NCBI GenBank assembly: GCA_027620445.1
Contig: JAQBYG010000003.1
Location: 175 to 64,174, forward strand
Length of the DNA stretch: 64,000 nt
DNA from: a bacterium
GTDB taxonomy: Bacteria > Patescibacteriota > Microgenomatia > UBA1400 > PJMF01
Direction: 5' to 3'
How positions within the stretch are numbered: the first letter of the stretch is position 1; every line of letters starts with the position of its first letter. The notes beneath the pieces were generated by a model that saw only the letters and a list, made by a program, of their open reading frames with translations, searched no databases and was not told the origin of the DNA. Shown in pieces: positions 31,317 to 40,044 of this stretch. A program made the position numbers and the translations under genes.

Positions 31317-31325
31317 AGACCTTCC

Positions 31326-32240
31326 TCAAATAATCAATTGTTTTCCGTCTTGTCCTATCAAAAAATGCCAAGTAGCTTTTTGCTCTAATCTAGATCCATT
31401 CGATAAGCGCTGGAAGAGAATTTTGAAAACCCGAGCTTTAATTCTCCAGCCACCGTACTTAAAAAAGAAAAACAAGCGATTGCGCAGAAGATAATATACA
31501 TGGAACTGTGAGCCACTTCCCCCACTTGAGCTTGCGTTGATGTGCCAAACCTTAGCAGCATCACAATACCCAATCTGGTAACCGAACAACCGTGCACGCA
31601 TACTGAGATCGACATCTTCTAAATACAGAAAATAGCGTCTGTCCAAAAACCCTGCTTTTTCGAGAACCTCCCTCCTAATGAGAGCACAACAACCCGTCGC
31701 AAAATCACATAGCTCCTGATGCGCAAATTGCAAGCGATCGAGCTCGTCTACTCCTCGGTGATGCGCAACTAGATGATCCCAGTCTACGCTTCCACCTGCA
31801 TACCAGAGGACATTGCCGCGATCTTTTTGTGTATAACTTTGATTGTGATACTCTTTGCCCTGAGCAAAATAAATCTTGGCTGAAACAATGCCCATATGCG
31901 GTCTCGCTTCCGCGAACTCAAATAACTGCTCAAGAAAATGTGGGTCTTGAATTGTGTCGTTGTTGAGCAGCAACACATACTCTGAATCAAACTGCTCAAT
32001 CGCCGTGTGAATACCTAGATTGTTTCCACCGGTGAATCCAAGGTTAGCGTCACTTCTGAGCAAGAAAAATTGCTTGGTCGAAAGTTTTGTTGGCAAGTGA
32101 TATGGCTCAATTGATGCGTTGTCGACCACAAAAACCGAGAATGCGAACTGTTTATGCACAAGCTTTGTCAGTGACAACAAACAATCGTCTGTCAGTTTTT
32201 TCTGATTATAATTTACGATAATTATAGAGATATGTTTCAT
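31326..32240 (-). CDS. GT2 glycosyltransferase
   Basis: ISIIIVNYNQKKLT...VVDNASIE...LNNDTI motifs, typical of rhamnosyl/galactosyl GT2 enzymes. Confidence 0.75.
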   Translation of the reverse strand: MKHISIIIVNYNQKKLTDDCLLSLTKLVHKQFAFSVFVVDNASIEPYHLPTKLSTKQFFLLRSDANLGFTGGNNLGIHTAIEQFDSEYVLLLNNDTIQDPHFLEQLFEFAEARPHMGIVSAKIYFAQGKEYHNQSYTQKDRGNVLWYAGGSVDWDHLVAHHRGVDELDRLQFAHQELCDFATGCCALIRREVLEKAGFLDRRYFLYLEDVDLSMRARLFGYQIGYCDAAKVWHINASSSGGSGSQFHVYYLLRNRLFFFFKYGGWRIKARVFKILFQRLSNGSRLEQKATWHFLIGQDGKQLII

Positions 32241-32243
32241 AAA

Positions 32244-33140
32244 CTAGATTCTGAACTTCCTACGAACTCGCCACACGAGCACTTGTAGTCCCTGAGCACT
32301 TCGAAGCTCTTCATCTGCAATCCAGTATGCTAATTGAGCTCTGAGCTCATGCAATTCTTTGATCGAGTCCGTTTTGGCTCCAAACAAATTGTTCTGTTTT
32401 ACTTCCCAAAACTTAGCAGTTTGTACTACCTCAGAAAAGCCTTGTAACAGCGCAAGTAAAACTCCACGATAGCCGCCCTCGATACCACGTAACGCAAAAA
32501 GGCGTTGTAAAAATTCTCGTCGGAACACAACAATTGGATGCTCAAGATCTATCCCTGGTTTTTGGGTTGTGACATCTGTCGCAATGCTTGTGTATCGATC
32601 AAGACGCTGTACAAACTCAGAGAGCGTTTCATAATTATGGTGCTCAAGTGCAAGCTCGGCAGTTGCAGGCAATTTCTCAAATGTGCCATCGATTGTTGGC
32701 TTACTGTGAATGGTGTCTGACCACAATACTTTACCTCGTTTAAAAAGTCGCGGCTGATAATCGGGCCACCAACCAGCTGTCTGTACCCACTCGCCAAAAA
32801 TGATATTTTTCCTGGCAATAGAGTAACTGGATACGTCACTTTCTACTTTGAGCAACTGAAGCAAGTGATCTCGCAGTGCTGGCGGAATTACTTCGTCGGC
32901 GTCAACAATTAAGATCCAGTCACCACTTGACTTGCTCAGAGAAAAGTTTCGTGCTGGTTCTACGTACCCAACATCTGGGGTAAAAAACACCTTATCGGTA
33001 AATTTGAGAGCAATCTGCTTGGTAGTATCGCTACTCATCATGTCCACGACAACAATCTCGTCAGCAAACTGCACAGACTTGAGTGTCCGCTCCAGTGTGG
33101 CGGCGGCATTTTTTGCAGTAATAACAACGCTGAGTTTCAT
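32244..33140 (-). CDS. GT2 glycosyltransferase (paralog of 6320 and 30501)
   Basis: LSVVITAKNAAATL...VVDMMSSDTT...VDADEVI. Confidence 0.75.
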   Translation of the reverse strand: MKLSVVITAKNAAATLERTLKSVQFADEIVVVDMMSSDTTKQIALKFTDKVFFTPDVGYVEPARNFSLSKSSGDWILIVDADEVIPPALRDHLLQLLKVESDVSSYSIARKNIIFGEWVQTAGWWPDYQPRLFKRGKVLWSDTIHSKPTIDGTFEKLPATAELALEHHNYETLSEFVQRLDRYTSIATDVTTQKPGIDLEHPIVVFRREFLQRLFALRGIEGGYRGVLLALLQGFSEVVQTAKFWEVKQNNLFGAKTDSIKELHELRAQLAYWIADEELRSAQGLQVLVWRVRRKFRI

Positions 33141-33153
33141 ACTATGTACTATT

Positions 33154-34626
33154 CTACGCAGAATTACTTAATTTTTCAGTCCGAACTGCGAGTAAACTGC
33201 GAATTTGCGAGAAAATGACTGTTTTGCCAACTGCTAAGAGGACAACTCCATATGTGGCGGCGGTTAGGCCCATACCGAGTACTAGCCACCAAACGGATCT
33301 TATCCAGAAACTCCCGCCAAGGAAGCCAAGTACTGCCATGACAACTACAGCCAAGAGTTGTCGCCAAACCTGCTCCCACACTTGCAAAACAACAAAACGT
33401 TTGACATACCAGACAGATAAAAATGAGCTACAGCTGATGATGAGCGCAGCGGCGGCAATTCCAGTGAAGCCGTACCAAATCAAGAGGAGCGGAGAAACAA
33501 CCCAAGTAAGAATTGTCCAGATAACCATTAATTTCAGTGTGTAGTTAATTTGCCCTATCGCAGTCAATGCTGTTGTCAGAGGAGAAGAAATTGAACTCCA
33601 GGCGATGCTAAGGGTAAAGAAAATGAAACTCGGTATGGCAGGCTGCCACTTGGCGTAAGTTGGAAATAATTCAATGAGTGGAGAGATAAAAAGTACCATG
33701 CCACAGAGAATCGGGAAAATTGCCAAAGTAATAAAAAAGAGAGATTTTTCGATCGCCGATTGCAGTTGTTTCGGACGATCTTGCAGTCGAGAGAAAGTGG
33801 GAAAAGTGACTGCCATCACATTGTTCACGGTGAGCGCATAGGGATACATAGACCAAGTCTTTGCCCACTGTACGTATCCATTTTCTCTCAGTGGCAAAAC
33901 ATAACCGAGGAACAAAAAAAACAATTGATCTTTAATGCGAGCCAGGAAGTCATTGAGCTGGAACTTGAGACCAAAACCAAGTAACGATTTTAGCGCAAGC
34001 CAGTTGGTAGAGAACCCAATCTGCCAACGCTTAATTAACATGAGTGTGATGACTCCCAGTACCGAGCGGATTACTATTGCCGGAACGTAAGCAAGTGCGC
34101 CCCAACCAGCAATCGCAAGCCAGATTAAAACACCTTGAAAAGCAACCTGCTCTACGATCTGGGGAATGACGAGCTTGGAAAAAAGCAACTGCCGCTCGAG
34201 CATAACGGAAGGTATCGTCTTGAGCGTAGCCAAGGGAAATGAAATCCCGAGTGCGAGCAATATATAATTACCGACCATGCCAGTTTTCTGTGAGAGTAGG
34301 TCAGTTGAGGCTACGCCCACGCAAACCAAGAGTATGACAAGTGAGAGCACAAACTGTACAGTAAAAACGCTGCGATATTCCTCGAGCGTTGGCTCAACCT
34401 TTTTTTGTATGAGTGTCGAAGCTAATCCTATGTCTGAGAAAAAAATCAGAATACCAATGATAGTGAGCACTATGCCATAAATACCAAAATCTTCCGGGGC
34501 AAAGTAAGCACTCAGGATAATTGCAGAAACAAATCCTATTCCTTGTAGAAACAAGGATCGAGCAAAGTACGAAACCGCACCAGAAACTGACTTTCGCTTG
34601 AGTGTCTGAACTTCGGCTTTATTCAT
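33154..34626 (-). CDS. Wzx-type oligosaccharide/polysaccharide flippase (MOP superfamily)
   Basis: 490 aa, about 14 TM segments. The N-terminal basic region followed by GIGFVSAIILSAYFAPEDFGIYGIV is typical of the polysaccharide biosynthesis protein / Wzx family. Confidence 0.65.
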   Translation of the reverse strand: MNKAEVQTLKRKSVSGAVSYFARSLFLQGIGFVSAIILSAYFAPEDFGIYGIVLTIIGILIFFSDIGLASTLIQKKVEPTLEEYRSVFTVQFVLSLVILLVCVGVASTDLLSQKTGMVGNYILLALGISFPLATLKTIPSVMLERQLLFSKLVIPQIVEQVAFQGVLIWLAIAGWGALAYVPAIVIRSVLGVITLMLIKRWQIGFSTNWLALKSLLGFGLKFQLNDFLARIKDQLFFLFLGYVLPLRENGYVQWAKTWSMYPYALTVNNVMAVTFPTFSRLQDRPKQLQSAIEKSLFFITLAIFPILCGMVLFISPLIELFPTYAKWQPAIPSFIFFTLSIAWSSISSPLTTALTAIGQINYTLKLMVIWTILTWVVSPLLLIWYGFTGIAAAALIISCSSFLSVWYVKRFVVLQVWEQVWRQLLAVVVMAVLGFLGGSFWIRSVWWLVLGMGLTAATYGVVLLAVGKTVIFSQIRSLLAVRTEKLSNSA

Positions 34627-36281
34627 TCTTGCCGCTCCCTATGCAACATAATGCCAAATAAAACGAGTATGCTCACAACTGAAATGCCGTTTGCCCAAGT
34701 GCGAATTGGTGTCGGCAAAAACAGTACGCCCACAAGGTGCGAACCTGTTGGCACAGTCACTTGTAACAAGCCTTCTGCTGATTTTTGGTGACCAACTCGC
34801 TTTCCGTCAATTTCAACCTGCCAGCCAGGAAAATCTGCAATTGCAAATGTAAGCTCAGTTTCATCAGTGAATGTCGCAAAGACGAGTTTTTCATGCACTC
34901 GATTCACGAGCTCACTTTCCTGAGGAAGAGTTGGGTCAATAACTACTTTCGAAAAATTAACTGGCACTGCTGTCTCGTCAAAACTTTCTGGCATGAAATC
35001 AGGCAAAATGCCACTCATACTCTCTGCTATCTGAGACTCATCAGCAGAGTACAGTTGCTCTGGATCAGCAAGATATGACTCTGGCCTAAAGTATCGCGCA
35101 TTACTGAGCAAAAGAATCACAAGGAAACCGGTTATAACAATCTTGAGTACCCTACCACGCAGAGTCATAACTCCACTTGTGATAGCTAGTGATAAGAAAA
35201 TAATGGCAACAGAAAGAAATCTCCAGGGAAACTGGACGAATCTGAGGACTTCTACCTGATCCCAGATAAACAACGTTTTTTCTGTCGTCATTAGTAAAGC
35301 AACACAGCCCAACAGAAATGAAAAAACAGCCAGCATGAGCTGATAGCTACGTACATTTTTCTTCTTGCGAATAGTTTGGAAAACTGCGGCTGCTACCAAA
35401 ACAAATCCAGTCAACATGCCGTAACCGAGAAAAAATGAGATCTCATCGACCGGACCCCAGACAGAACCTCCATATCCCCAGTAGGGAGTGATAAGTTGTC
35501 GCAGGTACAGAAAGTGCAGATGAAAATCAAAGTAGTGTGTCAAAATTCTGCCTTCCACTTGAGTGAGTGATTTTTCAAGAAAGGCTGGGAGTATATAGTA
35601 GGCAGCCATTCCAACCCCAAGCAACGTGCTCCCGAGTGTCGTGATCGCTTGTTTCCATGCTTTTTTGTACACGATGAATACCAGTGCAAACAAAGTGAAA
35701 AAAGGCAAAAAGATCATCGTGATCAGGTTATGACTCAATAACAAGCCAGCAGTGCTCAGAGCCAACACGACCCAACCATGCCGATGTTTCTGCAACACCA
35801 GTACAAGCCCCAGAAGCATCCAGACACTAGCCGCAATGCCCCAGGCTTCACTAATCGCACCCCTAATAAAAACATTAACAGCGCGATATGGTGCAAGCGT
35901 GATGAGGGCAGAAAGCAAGAGTGCTCCAATTGATCCAAACAATCGCTTGCCAAGATAGTACGCTGCGACAATGGTTAAGAGGTTCGCAAGAAAAAATACG
36001 CTTGAAACCGAAAAAAGTATCGAGCCAAAAAGCCAAAAAACAAACGCCCCAAAGTAGTACGGCAAGGGAGCATAAAAAAGATAGAGTGGCATGCCATACC
36101 CATATCCAAAGTTCTGGCTCCACTGTGGAGGAATGTGACCATCCGTAACTGCTCGAGTCATCTCGGCAATTCGCGCACCATGCGTATAATCATGCACACG
36201 AAAAAAGCCAGAATGAAAAAGCGGCCAACTACTGGCGACCAAAATAAGCAGAAGCGCGTTAGCGACGAGTAATCTTCTCAT
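34623..36281 (-). CDS. Large polytopic membrane protein, paralog family A
   Basis: HDYTHGARIAEMTRAVTDGHIPPQWSQNFGYGYGMPLYLFYAPLPYY signature. ATGA overlap with the flippase gene. Confidence 0.5.
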   Translation of the reverse strand: MRRLLVANALLLILVASSWPLFHSGFFRVHDYTHGARIAEMTRAVTDGHIPPQWSQNFGYGYGMPLYLFYAPLPYYFGAFVFWLFGSILFSVSSVFFLANLLTIVAAYYLGKRLFGSIGALLLSALITLAPYRAVNVFIRGAISEAWGIAASVWMLLGLVLVLQKHRHGWVVLALSTAGLLLSHNLITMIFLPFFTLFALVFIVYKKAWKQAITTLGSTLLGVGMAAYYILPAFLEKSLTQVEGRILTHYFDFHLHFLYLRQLITPYWGYGGSVWGPVDEISFFLGYGMLTGFVLVAAAVFQTIRKKKNVRSYQLMLAVFSFLLGCVALLMTTEKTLFIWDQVEVLRFVQFPWRFLSVAIIFLSLAITSGVMTLRGRVLKIVITGFLVILLLSNARYFRPESYLADPEQLYSADESQIAESMSGILPDFMPESFDETAVPVNFSKVVIDPTLPQESELVNRVHEKLVFATFTDETELTFAIADFPGWQVEIDGKRVGHQKSAEGLLQVTVPTGSHLVGVLFLPTPIRTWANGISVVSILVLFGIMLHRERQE

Positions 36282-37413
36282 GTATGATGAGACTCATTGT
36301 ACACGCAAGCGTATGAAATCAGCCACTCAGCACACTGCAACTACGGAAACTGAATTTTCCGCTACAACCGTTATCATCAAGTCTACTGCTCTAGCAATAG
36401 CGTTCGTAACTGGTTCATTTCTTGTTCTTATCCTGATAGCAAGCATTTTCGGCTACCAATACCTGCAGAAAATTGGCAGTGAAAGCAACAAATCTCCCCA
36501 AGAATTACTGCAAATAGCAAAGTCAGCAAACGAAGTTACACCAAGAGAAAGCAATCCTGTGTTTCTTATCTTGGGCACTGATTCATTAGCAACTAGGGGC
36601 GAAGTGCCACCTCTCACCGACATACTGCTGCTTGCCTCTCTAGATCTGAAATCCGGCGCAGTACACCTTCTCCCACTCCCTAGAGATCTTTGGAACGAAA
36701 ACTATAAGACCAAAATCAATGCGCTACTTGCGTATGGCAGTGACCGTTCTCCAGATTCTCCCGAGCAATTCCCAAAACAGGTCATCGAGGAAATGACAAA
36801 TGTTCCAATTGATTTTACTGTAGTACTTGCGATGGACACCTTAGCTGAGCTTGTAGACACTCTCGGCGGTGTTGCTGTGTCTATTCCGACCAGCTTTGTC
36901 GACACAGAGTTTCCTAATCCAGATGTCGACATATCTACAGAGAGAGATCCAAAAAAACTCTATAAAACCGTTTCCTTTTCAAAAGGAACTGAAACAATGT
37001 CTGGAGAACGGTTGCTAGAGTTTGTTCGTAGTCGACACAGTGAGTCCGAAGAAGGTACTGACTTGGCTCGCAACCAACGCCAACAAATAGCTTTTGCTGC
37101 TATTCTGGACGCAGCAACAGCTGAATCTGTAATCAAAAATCCTAGTAGAATCGGCAAACTCTTCTCCTTCTATGAGAATCACTTCCGCAGCGCTCTACCG
37201 ATCAACGATATGGCAGCTATCGGCAAGGCTGTACTAGAAAATTCAGTCTCAGGAGTTACGATAGAGTCACACTCACTCTCCATTCAATCACGAACAGAGG
37301 CTGGTGTGTTGGTCAACCCAGACATCAGAACTACCAAAAATATCTGGTTGTATCAGATCACGGACGACAAACTTTTTCGAGAAGAAGTTGGTCGAGCCTT
37401 ACAAAAGCTATGA
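36280..37413 (+). CDS. LytR-CpsA-Psr (LCP) family glycopolymer-peptidoglycan ligase
   Basis: N-terminal TM anchor, then VFLILGTDS...LTDILLLASLDLKSGAVHLLPLPRD, which is characteristic of the LCP catalytic domain. The true start may be the Met at 36313 (MKSATQ). The track start at 36280 overlaps the divergent start codon in a CATG palindrome. Confidence 0.65.
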   Translation: MYDETHCTRKRMKSATQHTATTETEFSATTVIIKSTALAIAFVTGSFLVLILIASIFGYQYLQKIGSESNKSPQELLQIAKSANEVTPRESNPVFLILGTDSLATRGEVPPLTDILLLASLDLKSGAVHLLPLPRDLWNENYKTKINALLAYGSDRSPDSPEQFPKQVIEEMTNVPIDFTVVLAMDTLAELVDTLGGVAVSIPTSFVDTEFPNPDVDISTERDPKKLYKTVSFSKGTETMSGERLLEFVRSRHSESEEGTDLARNQRQQIAFAAILDAATAESVIKNPSRIGKLFSFYENHFRSALPINDMAAIGKAVLENSVSGVTIESHSLSIQSRTEAGVLVNPDIRTTKNIWLYQITDDKLFREEVGRALQKL

Positions 37414-37571
37414 TAAAACAACAGCCAATTGCTCCAAATCGGATAATTCAGGTTCTAGTGGTTATAATAGTTGTACTAGCACTGCTCGCTGGCTACTACC
37501 ACGCCTTGTATCAAACAGAAGTTAGAAAGCAAATAGAAATTTTGAAAGCCAATCCAACAGTACAACAGTAA
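37410..37571 (+). CDS. Possible small single-TM protein (53 aa), not in the ORF track
   Basis: ATGA overlap with the LCP stop. Manual translation gives MIKQQPIAPNRIIQVLVVIIVVLALLAGYYHALYQTEVRKQIEILKANPTVQQ, with one clear hydrophobic helix. It fills an otherwise unexplained 167-nt gap before rfbB. Confidence 0.25.
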   Translation: MIKQQPIAPNRIIQVLVVIIVVLALLAGYYHALYQTEVRKQIEILKANPTVQQ

Positions 37572-37580
37572 TTCTACCCT

Positions 37581-38612
37581 ATGCACCCACAACACTCGAT
37601 CACTCTCCTAGTTACTGGCGGCGCCGGGTTTATCGGTTCCAATTTCATTCATCACTGGCTGGCAAAGTATCCCGATGATAAAGTTCGCAATCTGGACGCA
37701 TTAACCTATGCTGGCACGCTGGAAAACCTCAGGGATATTGAATCTCTTCCAAACTACGCGTTCTTACATGGCTCCATTACCGACAAAGCATTTGTACGTT
37801 CTGCAATGGTCGGTGTCGATTATGTCGTCCACTTTGCAGCCGAAAGTCATGTCGACCGCTCTATCTTGAATCCACAAGTTTTTCTCGAAACAAATATCAT
37901 CGGAACCCAAGTTCTGCTTGATGCAGCAGTTGCAAATAAAGTTAAGCGATTTCATCACATCTCAACTGACGAAGTATTTGGTGCGCTTGAGCTAGGCCAG
38001 AACAAGAAATTTACCGAAAAATCTCCCTATGATCCAAGAAGTCCCTACGCAGCGAGTAAAGCTGGCTCAGATCATCTGGTTCGAGCATACGGCGAAACAT
38101 ACGGACTTCCCTACTCAATTTCAAATTGTTCCAATAACTATGGTCCGAACCAATTCCCCGAGAAATTGTTCGGGCTTGCAATCACCAACTGTATCGATGG
38201 GGAGAAAGTGCCTGTCTACGGAGATGGACTACAGGTGAGAGATTGGCTGTATGTTTTCGACCACTGCAGAGCTATCGAAGACATTATCCTGAGCGATCAG
38301 CTCAACACTACCTTTTTGGTTGGCGGCGAAACAGAAGAAACAACTAACCTAGCAGTCATCAAGTACATTCTCAAAGCCATGAATATCCCAGAAAGTAATA
38401 TTGAGTACATTGCAGATCGGCCCGGACATGATCGCAAGTATAGCGTTGATTGGTCACACATTAATCAAACACTGGGATGGAAACCAAGTGTAACACTGCA
38501 AGAGGGCTTAGACAAAACAATCCAGTGGTACCGAGACAACGAAGCTTGGTGGAGACCACTCAAAGAGCAAAATCAAGCATACTTCAAGGCACAGTATCAA
38601 GATAGAAAGTAA
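37581..38612 (+). CDS. rfbB: dTDP-glucose 4,6-dehydratase
   Basis: LVTGGAGFIGSNFIHHWL, YAASKAGSDHLVRAY, and the C-terminal DRK of RmlB. 343 aa. Confidence 0.85.
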   Translation: MHPQHSITLLVTGGAGFIGSNFIHHWLAKYPDDKVRNLDALTYAGTLENLRDIESLPNYAFLHGSITDKAFVRSAMVGVDYVVHFAAESHVDRSILNPQVFLETNIIGTQVLLDAAVANKVKRFHHISTDEVFGALELGQNKKFTEKSPYDPRSPYAASKAGSDHLVRAYGETYGLPYSISNCSNNYGPNQFPEKLFGLAITNCIDGEKVPVYGDGLQVRDWLYVFDHCRAIEDIILSDQLNTTFLVGGETEETTNLAVIKYILKAMNIPESNIEYIADRPGHDRKYSVDWSHINQTLGWKPSVTLQEGLDKTIQWYRDNEAWWRPLKEQNQAYFKAQYQDRK

Positions 38613-38625
38613 TCGAAGGGAACAT

Positions 38626-39159
38626 ATGGAAATTCACGCAGACATCACTCCAAGTATCACGACACAAAGCTACCAACCGAGCAATCAGATAGCTGATATT
38701 GAGCTAATCTCACTCCCTGTCATGCAGGACGACGGTGGCTACTTCGCAGAACTCGCCCGCCTAGATAACGGCAACCTAACCGCCTTTTCCAGACCTATTC
38801 CGGTGAAGCAAATTAGTATTTCGCAACTACAACCCGGCACTATCAAGGCTTATCACCTCCACAAAATGCAAACAGACGTCTGGTTTGTTCCACCCCAATT
38901 CTCTATGATCGTAAACCTGCATGACGTTCGCGCAGAATCTGCAACATATAACACGCACATGCGACTAGTTCTGGGTGGAGCGAATCCTCAGTTGCTTGCT
39001 ATCCCACCAGGAATTGCCCACGGGATTGCAAACCTCGCTCCGACAGCTGCAAACTTGATCTACTACACCAGCGAGCAGTTCAACAAGGAAAATCCTGATG
39101 AGCACCGACTCCCATGGGACTTCTTTGGCTCAAACGTGTGGGAAGTCACCAAAGGCTAG
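38626..39159 (+). CDS. rfbC: dTDP-4-dehydrorhamnose 3,5-epimerase-like cupin
   Basis: DDGGYFAEL, KAYHLHKMQTDVWFV and PPGIAHGIANL follow the RmlC pattern. It lies between rfbB and rfbD. Confidence 0.6.
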   Translation: MEIHADITPSITTQSYQPSNQIADIELISLPVMQDDGGYFAELARLDNGNLTAFSRPIPVKQISISQLQPGTIKAYHLHKMQTDVWFVPPQFSMIVNLHDVRAESATYNTHMRLVLGGANPQLLAIPPGIAHGIANLAPTAANLIYYTSEQFNKENPDEHRLPWDFFGSNVWEVTKG

Positions 39160-39165
39160 TCGGAA

Positions 39166-40044
39166 ATGACAGAAAAGATCCCACTCCTCATCACCGGCAG
39201 TAGTGGTCTGATTGGTTCGAAGTTTACTCAAGTCTTTGCCGACAAGTATGAGTTTCAGACGCTCGATATTTCTGATCCTGTGCGTCCCATTGATATCACT
39301 GATAAATCAGCGGTTTTTTCTTTTTTTGAAAACTCTACTGCCCAAACCTGCGTTCATCTCGCGGCGTTTACCGATGTCTCAGCAGCTTGGGAGCAACGGG
39401 GCGACAAGAATGGTTTAGCGTATAAAATTAACGTAACGGGCACCGAAACTCTCTCACAAGCAGCGAGCAAATTTGACAAACATCTTATTTTGATCTCAAC
39501 CGCGTATGTGTTTGATGGCAAAAAAGACACGCTCTACACTGAGAACGACAAACCTAATCCAATCGAGTGGTACGGCCAAACCAAAGCCTACAGTGAAGAC
39601 ATCGTGACGGCAAGCGATCACCTATGGAGCATTCTTCGCATCGATCAACCGTTTCGCTCCGATCCTTTTACTAAACTTGATATAGCGCACAAATTTGCTC
39701 AAAAAATCACCGAGGGCAGCGCAAAGTTATTTGACAACCACTACTTTGGACCGACGTTTATAGATGATTTTGTTCGTGTGATTGATTTTATGATTCAGAG
39801 CAAAACTACCGGCATCTACCATGCCACGAGTGGTGAAAAATGGAGTGATTATGCGTTTGGCCTGGCATTGCAAGAAGTTCTCAAACTCCCAGGAAAAATT
39901 GAGAAAAGTGATTTGGTGGCGTACCAACAAAATCAAGTGAGACCATATCAAACAAACACTGCACTGAGCATTGAAAAGTTGAAACAAGTCTTGCCGTTTG
40001 ACCAATTACCAATTGTTGAAGCAATGCGTTTGCTACAGCTTTAA
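39166..40044 (+). CDS. rfbD: dTDP-4-dehydrorhamnose reductase
   Basis: LLITGSSGLIGSKF...ISTAYVFDGKK...YGQTKAYSE is a typical RmlD pattern. 292 aa. Confidence 0.7.
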   Translation: MTEKIPLLITGSSGLIGSKFTQVFADKYEFQTLDISDPVRPIDITDKSAVFSFFENSTAQTCVHLAAFTDVSAAWEQRGDKNGLAYKINVTGTETLSQAASKFDKHLILISTAYVFDGKKDTLYTENDKPNPIEWYGQTKAYSEDIVTASDHLWSILRIDQPFRSDPFTKLDIAHKFAQKITEGSAKLFDNHYFGPTFIDDFVRVIDFMIQSKTTGIYHATSGEKWSDYAFGLALQEVLKLPGKIEKSDLVAYQQNQVRPYQTNTALSIEKLKQVLPFDQLPIVEAMRLLQL

